Below the pieces are notes generated by a model that was not told the DNA's origin, did not search any database, and saw only the letters and a program-made list of their open reading frames with translations. DNA of 16,184 nt from Candidatus Methylomirabilia bacterium (GTDB taxonomy: Bacteria; Methylomirabilota; Methylomirabilia; Rokubacteriales; CSP1-6). A program made the position numbers and the translations under genes. Shown piece after piece: positions 7,820 to 16,184 of this stretch; the first letter of the stretch is position 1; each line of letters begins with the position of its first letter. Location: the NCBI GenBank assembly GCA_041492755.1, contig JBGPXN010000096.1:1-16184 (forward strand), in the 5' to 3' direction.

Positions 7820-8056
7820 ATGCTTAGAGCGATGGATCTGGGGCGGGTGGATGTGGAAATCGGCAAGTCGAGTGTCAGGCGGGCAGCGCGGCCTGGGAAG
7901 AACTGGCCTCCCGCTCTGGGGATGCTGTTCGGGATGGGCGTCAGTGGGCTGCTCTGGCTCGTCGGCGGCGGCCTGGTCTGGCTGGCGTGGGGCCGCATGA
8001 ACCACATCGTCGGCGCGGTGCTCGCCTGGGTTACCGGCTTCGCCCCGGTGAGCTGA
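7820..8056 (+). CDS. Small hypothetical membrane protein (78 aa)
   Basis: GGAGG RBS before ATG 7820. A basic N-terminus is followed by a long Gly/Trp-rich hydrophobic segment (ALGMLFGMGVSGLLWLVGGGLVWLAW) and a second shorter one. Confidence 0.65.
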   Translation: MLRAMDLGRVDVEIGKSSVRRAARPGKNWPPALGMLFGMGVSGLLWLVGGGLVWLAWGRMNHIVGAVLAWVTGFAPVS

Positions 8057-8179
8057 GACTTCCACCCGACGAACCGCCGCTGACGTAGGAGGACGATCGC
8101 TCGGCTGTTTTCTGTTGGTGGAGCCGTTGCACCCAGCCTCGCATGTGCTTCTGGAACTCCTGGCTCGCTCGATAGCGCC

Positions 8180-9646
8180 ATGACTCCCCACGATTGGCGC
8201 GCCCGGGCTGGAACGACGTTTCAGACCGAGAAGCGACCGGCGCCAGCCGCGCGCGGGATGGTCGTGACCAACCATCCGCTCGCGTCCGCCGCCGGCGCCG
8301 AGATGCTGGCCGGCGGCGGCAATGCGGTGGATGCCGCGGTCGCCGCGCTGTTCACGCTGACCGTCGTCGAGCCGTGCCGGGCACGCTCGCCGCCTGGTGC
8401 GAGATGCTCACGCGCTTCGGCACGCTCGACCTCGCGACGGTCACGGCACCGGCGATCCGTCACGCCGAGCGCGGCTTCCGGGTGACGTCGTACCTGGCCG
8501 AGTGCGTGGACGAGGTGGCCGCCGACCTTGCCCGATTCGCCGACAGCGCGCGCGTGTTCTTGCCCGGCGGCGCGCCGGTCAAGCGCGGCGATCTGCTCGT
8601 GCAATCCGACTACGCGGCGACGCTGCGCACGATCGCCGCCGAGGGACCGTCGGCGCTCTACGGCGGCGCGCTCGGGCGGCGCGTGGCCGAGCACATGGAG
8701 CGCGCGGGCGGGCTCATCACGCCCGACGATCTCGTCCGCTATCGCACCGTCGAGCGGCAGCCCGTGCGCGGCACGTATCGCGGCTTCGAGGTGACCGGCC
8801 GCCCGCCGCCGACGGGCGGCGGCATCCACCTGATCCAGATCCTGAATCTCCTGGAGGGCTACGACGTCGGCCGCCTCGGCTTCGGCACCGTCGACGGCAT
8901 CCACCTGCTCGCGAGACGCTCAAGATCGCGTTCGCCGACCGCACCGCCGCCACCGGCGACCCCGCGTTCGTCGACGTGCCGGTGGCGCGATTGATCGCCA
9001 AGGACTCCGCGACGGCCCGGCGCGCCGAGATCGACATGGGCAAGGCCCGCGCGCATAGCGCCGGCGTGGCCGCCGCCGGCTCGCCGCACACCACGCATCT
9101 CACCGTGGCCGACGCCGACGGCAACGTGGTGGCGGCGACCCAGACGATCAACAGCTTGTTCGGCTCACGCGCGATGGCCCCCGGCACCGGCATGCTCCTC
9201 AACAACACGATGGCGCTCTTCGACCCGCATCCCGGTCACGCGCTGTCGGTGGCGCCGGGCAAGCGAATGACGAGCTCGATGGCCCCGACGATCGTGCTGC
9301 GCGACGGCCGGCCGGCGCTGGCGCTCGGACTCCCGGGCGGCACGCGCATCTTCGGCTCCGTCTTACAGACGGTGGTGAACGTGGTCGACCACGGTATGTC
9401 GCTGCAGGAGGCGGTCGAGGCACCGCGCGTGTGGACTCAAGGGCAGGAGCTGGAGGTCGAGCCGGCGGTGTCGGCGGCGGTGCGCGATGATCTGGCGGGG
9501 CGCGGGGCGGCATGTGCGCCGTCGCGTTCGAACCGGACGGCCTGCTTACCGGCGCCGCGTGCGGGCAGGCGGACGGGACGCCGATCGGGCTGGGTGGCGG
9601 CTACGCGCGGCCGGGCGTGCGGTTCTGGCCGGATCGCCGGCGGTAG
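8180..9646 (+). pseudogene. ggt: Gamma-glutamyltransferase (Ntn hydrolase) pseudogene
   Basis: GGT motifs are spread across frames: [14 protein letters not shown]...[10 protein letters not shown]...VVEP | VPGTLAAW...GTYRGFEV...HLL | ETLKIAFADR...HTTHLTVAD...SSMAP...GLPGG...PRV | GGMCAV...ADG. Breaks occur at about 8374, 8912 and 9506; the stop is at 9644-9646. Confidence 0.9.
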
Positions 9647-9650
9647 CGGC

Positions 9651-9980
9651 TCACCATGCGCGATCCGTTGCGTAGATGACCTCCGGACCGCTGGCCGGAT
9701 TCAGATCCTGAAACGCGGACGCAGCTTGCTCCTGACCGAACGGCTCAAGTAGTTCGTCGGTCTGTAGCCAAGACTCCGGGGCGAGTGTCCAATCGAACTC
9801 GCCGGGCCTCATCGTGGCGACTACGCCGATGTCGCTCTCGGCCGAGATGGCGTGGAGCTGACAGTCGTCTACTGGGCGAACGAACGAAAGCTCGTGTATG
9901 GCGATCCGCCCGCCGACACCCGCAGTCAAAGCGCTGACGGCCTTCCGTAGCAGAGCCACCTCCTCAGGGCTCCCACCGCC
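9651..9980 (-). CDS. Hypothetical cassette-type protein, probably 5'-truncated and fused to an attC remnant
   Basis: Protein-like text (SPEEVALLRKAVSAL...FDWTLAPESWLQTDELLEPF...EVIYATDRAW) starts at about 9980. The ORF-track N-terminus is the translation of the attC half-site. Confidence 0.6.
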   Translation of the reverse strand, partial: GGGSPEEVALLRKAVSALTAGVGGRIAIHELSFVRPVDDCQLHAISAESDIGVVATMRPGEFDWTLAPESWLQTDELLEPFGQEQAASAFQDLNPASGPEVIYATDRAW

Positions 9981-10000
9981 GCTGCACGCGGATGTTCGGC
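9979..10000 (-). mobile_element. Left half of an integron attC site (R'' + spacer + L''); right half deleted
   Basis: Minus strand GCCGAAC-ATCCG-CGTGCAGC lies 21 bp after the upstream gene's stop. Its R'' is the exact complement of the GTTCGGC that opens this cassette. Confidence 0.7.
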
Positions 10001-10021
10001 GAGCATCGACAAGACACGTGA

Positions 10022-10450
10022 TCACCTTCGATTTACTCCCCAAGACGCCGCGAAGGAGTCGCGCAGCGCGTGAGCGAGACCGTACGCGGCTTGTTGTGCT
10101 GGGTTTAGGGAAACCAAAGTGGGGTCAGTCTTCGAGGCCAGATCAACCATCCGTGCCTCCACTTCTGGCGACTCGACCATACTCAACTCAGCCACATACA
10201 GCTCGCGGAAACGCCTTTTCGCTGAGTGGATCTCCTGCTCAGAGTACCCGTCTCGATTTGCCAAGACCGCAGCCGCTTTGACTGCTTCCATGTAGAGCTT
10301 CTGACGAAGCTCTAGAAACGGTTTGCTCGCCTCGATCCTGCGTGCCTCAACCTCTTTCCCACGAGCAGCATTGAAGCTCAGAACACTGATCACTACCCCA
10401 ACGACAACGCTTAGTACCTGGACCGTCTTGGCAATCGTCTCCATGTCCAC
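10022..10450 (-). CDS. Hypothetical membrane-anchored helical protein, integron cassette gene (142 aa)
   Basis: GTG start after GGGAG, N-terminal TM segment VQVLSVVVGVVISVLSF, visibly more AT-rich codons than the flanks, and bracketed by attC sites. Confidence 0.85.
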   Translation of the reverse strand: MDMETIAKTVQVLSVVVGVVISVLSFNAARGKEVEARRIEASKPFLELRQKLYMEAVKAAAVLANRDGYSEQEIHSAKRRFRELYVAELSMVESPEVEARMVDLASKTDPTLVSLNPAQQAAYGLAHALRDSFAASWGVNRR

Positions 10451-10495
10451 GTTGCTCCCAGCTCGGGTTGCTCCTATGTGGGCTCGTCGGACTCT

Positions 10496-10577
10496 GCCGA
10501 ACGCCAGGCATCAGGCGCGACCGGAAGCGCGAACGGAGCGAACGCTGGAGGGCGTCGCCCGGATGCCTTGGTTAGGC
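10496..10577 (-). mobile_element. Integron attC recombination site (82 bp)
   Basis: Minus strand: R'' GCCTAAC, 5-nt spacer CAAGG, 8-nt L'' CATCCGGG, CGAC...variable stem...CGCG, 7-nt L' CCTGATG, 6-nt spacer CCTGGC, R' GTTCGGC. Spacing and unpaired bases match canonical aadA-type attC architecture. Confidence 0.88.
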
Positions 10578-11241
10578 GGCATTCTGCATCGAGTGACGGT
10601 ACAAACCGGGTACATATCGCGGTCGCCGGGTTGGTCGCGCGCCGGGGGAACGTTTGTGTGATTTGGGCTTGGCGCTCGGGTGTGAGGGGCATCCTGCCTG
10701 GCTACGCAGACCGAAGATACAGGGCGGATTGTGCAGGAGATGATCGCAGATGCGGCTGCAACAGCACGGGTCGCCCGGTGCGCTGGGTTCTGGGGAGCCT
10801 GGGCTCGGCGCCTCTGGGCGTGGAAGCAGAACGTGAAGGTGGACCGTAGCGATGCAACGGCAGGTCTGCGCGATCTCGTCAGAGGCGGCACGGCGGGCGA
10901 ATCTTAGTTCCTGGTGTGCCGGTGCGCAAGATCAGAAGCTGTCGGGCCGCCGGCGCGCGCCTGAATGACATGCGCGCCCAGGTCGAGCGCCAGACGTTCA
11001 TCTCGACTCCCTCTTCCTGAGGAGCCAGCGATCCTCCACGGCGGTCAGAGCGCCGATCCGCCGCCGAGGCCCGGGTGCCCTGGTCCGGCCGGCTGCGTAG
11101 CTGGTGGCGGGCCGTCGCGGCCCTGTTCGCGGCGCGGCCCCACGCGCCCGTCTCCGCCTCGCGCCTTGTCGAGCTCTGCGACGTCGAGTCGACGTCGGCG
11201 CCGGAAGTGCTGGCTCGACGAACGCGCTAAGATGGCGGCCC

Positions 11242-12942
11242 GTGAAGCCCCGTTACGGCGGCGCGTACCGCGACTTTCGTTGGGAGCCGAGCCTCGAAGC
11301 GCTCGGCTGGACGCGCGACGCCGAGATCAATCTCTGCCGGACGATCGTGGACCGCCACCGCGGAGAGCGCCGCGTGGCGCTCCGCTGGTTCGGCAAGGAC
11401 GGCGCGGCGCGCGAGTGCACGTTCGAGGAGCTCGGCCACGCGGCCGCGCGCTTTGCGAACCTGCTGCGCGGGCTCGGCGTGGGGAGGGGCGAGCGCGTCG
11501 CCGGGTTCATGCCGCGCGTGCCCGAGACGCTCGTCGTCATGCTCGGCGCGTGGAGGGCGGGCGCGGTGTACGTGCCGATCTTCACCGGATTTGGCCCGGA
11601 CGCGATCGGCTTTCGCGTCGAGCACAGCGGCGCCAAGGTGCTGTGCACGACCCGGGAGTATCGGCCGCGCGTGCCGTCGTCGCTGGCGGATGGCGCCGCG
11701 GTGGTGACGGTGGCGCCGGGAGGTCCATCGGGTGCCGGCGATCGTTCGGACGCCGGCGATGGATCGGTCACCAGAGCCCGCTCGGGCGCCGAAAACGGCC
11801 CGGACGCCGCCGTCGACTTCGCCACCGCCATGGCCGGCCAATCCGCGCGCTTCGACGCCGTGCCGTGCCGGCGCGACGAGACGGCGGTGCTCCTCTATAC
11901 CTCCGGGTCGACCGGCCCGCCGAAGGGCGTGGAGATTGCCACCAACTTCCCGCTCGCCGTCCATCCATACATGCACTATGGCGTCGATCTACGAGTAGAC
12001 GACGTCTTCTGGCCGACCGGCGATCCCGGCTGGGGATACGGCCTCGTGTGCTACATGGTCGCGCTCGCGATGGGCGCGACCGTCGTGTGCCACGAGGCGA
12101 CGCCCACGCCGGAGTTCGCGCTCGAGCGTCTCGGTGCGCTTGGCGTGACGAACCTTGCCACCACGCCGACGCTGCTCCGCGGCATCATGGCGCTTGGTGA
12201 AGACCGGGTGCGCCGCGTGCCCGTGCGCGTCCGGTGCGCGAGCAGCTGTGGCGAGCCGCTCAACGGCGAGGTCGTCGAGTTCTACCGGCGGGTGTGGGGC
12301 GTCACCGTGATGGACCACTATGGCTCGAGCGAGTTCGGGTTGCCGATCGGCAATTTCAACGCGCTGCACATGGACGTCAGGCCCGGCTCGATGGGGTTGC
12401 CGCTGCCGGGCTGTCGCATGGCCGTCGTCGACGACGACGGGCGCGAGGTGGCCGAGGACGTCGTGGGGCATGTCGGCATGTGGCCGAGCGAGGTCGGCTA
12501 CTACTCGCTCGGGTACTGGAACGACGCGGAGCGCACGCGTGAGCTGTTTCGAGGCGGCTGGATGACGATCGGCGATCTCGCGCGCCGCGATCGCGACGGC
12601 TACTTCTGGTTCGAAGGCCGTGCCGACGACGTGATCAAGAGTGCGGGCTACCGGATCGGGCCCTTCGAGGTGGAGAGCGCCATCCTGCATCATCCCGCCG
12701 TCGCGGAGGCGGCGGTGGTCGGCACGCCCGACGGGTTGCGCGGCCAGATCGTCAAGGCGTTCGTGGTGCTGAAGTCAGGACGGAGCGTCCACCCCGGCCT
12801 TGCCGGTGAGATCGTGGAGGTCGTGCGCAGCCGCGTGGGGCACCATCAGTACCCGCGCGAGGTCGAGTTCGTCGCGCAGCTCCCGAAAACGGAGACCGGA
12901 AAGATCCAGCGTTTCCGGCTGCGTCAGGCCGGGGGATTATAA
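11242..12942 (+). CDS. Acyl-CoA synthetase / AMP-binding enzyme (AcsA or medium-chain type, about 566 aa)
   Basis: YTSGSTGPPKG, DHYGSSE, GDLA, GRADDVIKSAGYRIGPFEVES, LPKTETGKIQR. Start placed at GTG 11242, just after TAAGAT. Confidence 0.94.
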   Translation: MKPRYGGAYRDFRWEPSLEALGWTRDAEINLCRTIVDRHRGERRVALRWFGKDGAARECTFEELGHAAARFANLLRGLGVGRGERVAGFMPRVPETLVVMLGAWRAGAVYVPIFTGFGPDAIGFRVEHSGAKVLCTTREYRPRVPSSLADGAAVVTVAPGGPSGAGDRSDAGDGSVTRARSGAENGPDAAVDFATAMAGQSARFDAVPCRRDETAVLLYTSGSTGPPKGVEIATNFPLAVHPYMHYGVDLRVDDVFWPTGDPGWGYGLVCYMVALAMGATVVCHEATPTPEFALERLGALGVTNLATTPTLLRGIMALGEDRVRRVPVRVRCASSCGEPLNGEVVEFYRRVWGVTVMDHYGSSEFGLPIGNFNALHMDVRPGSMGLPLPGCRMAVVDDDGREVAEDVVGHVGMWPSEVGYYSLGYWNDAERTRELFRGGWMTIGDLARRDRDGYFWFEGRADDVIKSAGYRIGPFEVESAILHHPAVAEAAVVGTPDGLRGQIVKAFVVLKSGRSVHPGLAGEIVEVVRSRVGHHQYPREVEFVAQLPKTETGKIQRFRLRQAGGL

Positions 12943-12965
12943 TCGCCGGCCATGAGGATCAGGGT

Positions 12966-13766
12966 ATGTCCATCGGTGAGATGATCACCGCCACCCCGTG
13001 GCCGGACCGTTACACCTTCTCGCCGGCGCTTCGCGCCGGGAACACCCTGTTCATTTCCGGGACGACGGCCGCCGACGATACCGGGCAGCTCGTGGGCCCG
13101 GGCGACCTCGTGGCCCAGACGCGCTTCATCTATCAGAAGCTGGCGCGGCTGCTGGCCGCCGGCGGCGCCGGCTTCGAGCACGTGGTGCAGACGACGGAGT
13201 ACGTCACGACCACCGAGAATTACCGCCGCACGGCCGACGTGCGCCGCGAGTTCTTCCGCCCGCCGTACCCGACGGCCACGGGCGTGATCGTGGCGGGCCT
13301 GCTGCGCGAGGGGGCGCTGATCGAGATCTCGGCGGTCGCCGTCCTCTCCTCGGGATTGCGGGAAGCGTCCGCGGCCGCTCCGGCCACGACGACACCGTCC
13401 GACGAGATGCGCAACCGGCGAGGTTACGAGCTGGAGATGCATCGCATCATGGCCGCCACCGAGCCGGAGTGGTCCCAGAAATACGCCGCCTTCATCGAGG
13501 CCACGTACACCGGGCCGCGCCTGCTCGACCGCAAGACGAAGGAGCTGCTGCAGATCGTGGTCGAGGCTGCCCTGCGCGCGGACGTCGATCAGATCCGCGC
13601 CCACGTCCGGGTCGCGCTCCGTGAAGGCGCCACCCCGCGCGAGATCCTCGAAGCGCTCGAGGCCGTGGTCATGCCGATGGGCGGGCTCGCGTTTCGTCGC
13701 GGGCTCCAGGCGTGGGCGGCAGAGACCGGCTTCGTGCCGCCCGAAAGCCCCGCGGGCTCGGCCTGA
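12966..13766 (+). CDS. Rid (YjgF/YER057c/UK114) domain fused to a carboxymuconolactone decarboxylase/AhpD-like domain (266 aa)
   Basis: N-terminal: FSPALRAGNTLFISG...GDLVAQT...YPTAT...LIEISAVAV. C-terminal: LDRKTKELLQIVV...IRAHVRVALREGATPREILEAL. Confidence 0.88.
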   Translation: MSIGEMITATPWPDRYTFSPALRAGNTLFISGTTAADDTGQLVGPGDLVAQTRFIYQKLARLLAAGGAGFEHVVQTTEYVTTTENYRRTADVRREFFRPPYPTATGVIVAGLLREGALIEISAVAVLSSGLREASAAAPATTTPSDEMRNRRGYELEMHRIMAATEPEWSQKYAAFIEATYTGPRLLDRKTKELLQIVVEAALRADVDQIRAHVRVALREGATPREILEALEAVVMPMGGLAFRRGLQAWAAETGFVPPESPAGSA

Positions 13767-13792
13767 CGGCACCTGAGCGGAGGAGACACGTC

Positions 13793-14578
<786 letters not shown>

Positions 14579-14935
14579 ATGACCACCGCTGCGAATGTCG
14601 CCCTCGGACTCGTCGCCCTGCTGCACGTCTACTTCCTCGTCCTCGAGATGTTCTTCTGGGACACGCCCTTCGGACGGCGCACGTTCGGTCTCACCCGGGA
14701 GCTCGCGACGGCATCGCGATCGCTGGCCGCCAACCAGGGTCTCTACAACGGCTTTCTGGCCGCCGGGCTCGTGTGGGGTCTCGCCCTGGGCCCATCCGGC
14801 GCCGCCGTGAAGATCTTCTTTCTCGCCTGCGTGACGGTGGCGGGGATCTTCGGCGGCTTGACGGCGAATCGGAAGATCCTGTGGGTGCAGGCGCTGCCCG
14901 GCGCCATCGCGCTCGCGCTCGTCCTGCGGGCCTGA
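14579..14935 (+). CDS. DUF1304-family membrane protein (118 aa)
   Basis: LVALLHVYFLVLEMFFW...LAANQGLYNGFLAAGL...ILWVQALP. The ATG directly abuts the SDR stop. Confidence 0.9.
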   Translation: MTTAANVALGLVALLHVYFLVLEMFFWDTPFGRRTFGLTRELATASRSLAANQGLYNGFLAAGLVWGLALGPSGAAVKIFFLACVTVAGIFGGLTANRKILWVQALPGAIALALVLRA

Positions 14936-14996
14936 CCCGAACGGGATCAATACATGAACTCCATTCGCACCGGCGACGAACATCAGGAGCCACGGC

Positions 14997-15995
14997 ATGG
15001 GTGACGTCGGGATCATGGGTATGCACGTGCCGGGAATGGCCTGGCGTGAGATGCGGGAGGCGGCCGTGCTGGCCGAGGAGTTGGGATACAGCTGCGTGTC
15101 GATGGGCGAGTCGTGGGGCGAGGACGCGCTCACGTCCCTGGCCCAGCTCGCGGCGGTGACTTCACGCATGCGGATCGGCACCAGCATCGTGCCGGTCTTC
15201 GCGCGCTCGCCCGCGAACCTCGCCATGACGGCGCTCAACATGGACCGCATGACCGAAGGCCGATTCTTCCTGGGGCTCGGCACCAGCGGCCGTCTCGTCA
15301 TCGAGGACCTGCACGGCGAGACGTTCGCCAAGCCGCTCACGCGCATGCGGGAGTACATCGACATCATCCGCAAGGCGGCGCGCGGCGAGCGCCTCGATCA
15401 CGCCGGCGAGTTCTTCCACACCAAGCGCTTCCAGCTGCGCATCGCACCGTACCGGCCCAACCTGCCGATCTACGTCGCCGCCCTCAGCGTGCCCAGCCTC
15501 CGCCTCACCGGCGAGCTGGCTGACGGCTGGCTGCCGATCTTCCTCGCGCCCTCGCGCATGTCCGCGGCCGTCGCCGAGCTGGAAGCGGGGGCGAAGGCGG
15601 CCGGTCGTTCGCTGCGCGACATCGCGATCTCGCCCCAGGTGTCGATCTACGTCACCGACGACGTGGGAGCCGCCCGCGACCGGGAGCGACCGCACATCGC
15701 CTTCTACATCGGGGGCATGGGCGTGTTCTACCACCAGTACATGCACCGCATCGGGTTTGGCGCGGACGCCGATCGCGTTCGCCAGGCGTTCCAGAGCAAG
15801 GACCGGGACGGCGCGGCCCGGCTCGTGACCGACGAGATGGTCGACGCGATGACGATCCTCGGGACGCCGACCCAGTGCCGCGACCAGATGCAGCGGTTCT
15901 TCGATGCCGGCGTGCAGGAGATCCGGCTGGTGTTTAACGAGCCGAACCGGGACGCCTACCTCAGGGCCCTGCGCGCGGTGGCCCCGCGCGGGTGA
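14997..15995 (+). CDS. LLM-class (luciferase-like) flavin/F420-dependent oxidoreductase (332 aa)
   Basis: AEELGY...GESWGEDA, MRIGTSIVPVFARSPA, GRFFLGLGTSG, PIYVAAL...LRLTGELADGW. AGGAG RBS. Confidence 0.94.
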   Translation: MGDVGIMGMHVPGMAWREMREAAVLAEELGYSCVSMGESWGEDALTSLAQLAAVTSRMRIGTSIVPVFARSPANLAMTALNMDRMTEGRFFLGLGTSGRLVIEDLHGETFAKPLTRMREYIDIIRKAARGERLDHAGEFFHTKRFQLRIAPYRPNLPIYVAALSVPSLRLTGELADGWLPIFLAPSRMSAAVAELEAGAKAAGRSLRDIAISPQVSIYVTDDVGAARDRERPHIAFYIGGMGVFYHQYMHRIGFGADADRVRQAFQSKDRDGAARLVTDEMVDAMTILGTPTQCRDQMQRFFDAGVQEIRLVFNEPNRDAYLRALRAVAPRG

Positions 15996-16019
15996 GATGA
16001 TTTCCCGGCCACGCTCACT

Positions 16020-16184
16020 CTATGGGTGTGGGTTGAGACAGACGGCCAGACTCTTCGCCAAATCCTCGACGTGCTCGGTCAAGCACGTCATGTGATCGCC
16101 GGCGATCGTGTGAATCTCCAAGTGGTCGGTGACCTGGTCCCAGCCCGCCGTGGGGTCACCAGGGAATTTCGACTCCATGGCACA
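16020..16184 (-). CDS. C-terminus of a type I thioesterase domain (NRPS/PKS type), partial
   Basis: Not in the ORF track. ...PGDPTAGWDQVTDHLEIHTIAGDHMTCLTEHVEDLAKSLAVCLNPHP* shows the GW...LE.H.I.GDH (catalytic His) pattern followed by a terminal helix. Confidence 0.78.
   Translation of the reverse strand, partial: CAMESKFPGDPTAGWDQVTDHLEIHTIAGDHMTCLTEHVEDLAKSLAVCLNPHP

Noticed and set aside
7589..8275. 229-aa N-terminal extension of the LLM protein in the ORF track
   Set aside because: A strong RBS and the family start lie at 7588, and the extension overlaps opposite-strand genes.
8180..9752. Programmed frameshifting or a naturally split GGT
   Set aside because: There are three breaks, no slippery sites, loss of conserved segments, and the breaks do not coincide with the autocleavage site.
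10474..10891. ORFs 10474..10692, 10478..10849 and 10511..10891 as genes
   Set aside because: Composition is non-protein-like, and they read through the attC hairpin.

Overview
High-GC bacterial DNA. The gene mix resembles soil Candidatus Rokubacteria/Methylomirabilota, but this is an impression only. Left to right: (1) a >654-aa secreted protein missed by the ORF track, running off the left edge inside near-identical 156-bp FG-GAP/VCBS-type repeats, preceded by a small lipoprotein; (2) about 700 bp of unrelated gene scraps (FG-GAP-like, MNT, clan AA aspartic protease, LivF-like ATPase, DUF4926); (3) a SWIM-SNF2 helicase divergent from an XRE regulator; (4) an LLM oxidoreductase-EthD pair, and a small membrane protein behind a sigma54-type promoter; (5) a gamma-glutamyltransferase pseudogene with three lesions; (6) an integron cassette array remnant with no integrase in the window: one intact attC, one half-deleted attC and two hypothetical cassette genes; (7) a five-gene run of acyl-CoA synthetase, Rid-CMD fusion, SDR, DUF1304 and LLM; (8) the C-terminus of an NRPS/PKS-type thioesterase entering from the right edge. 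All calls come from manual reading and motif recognition; no searches were run.
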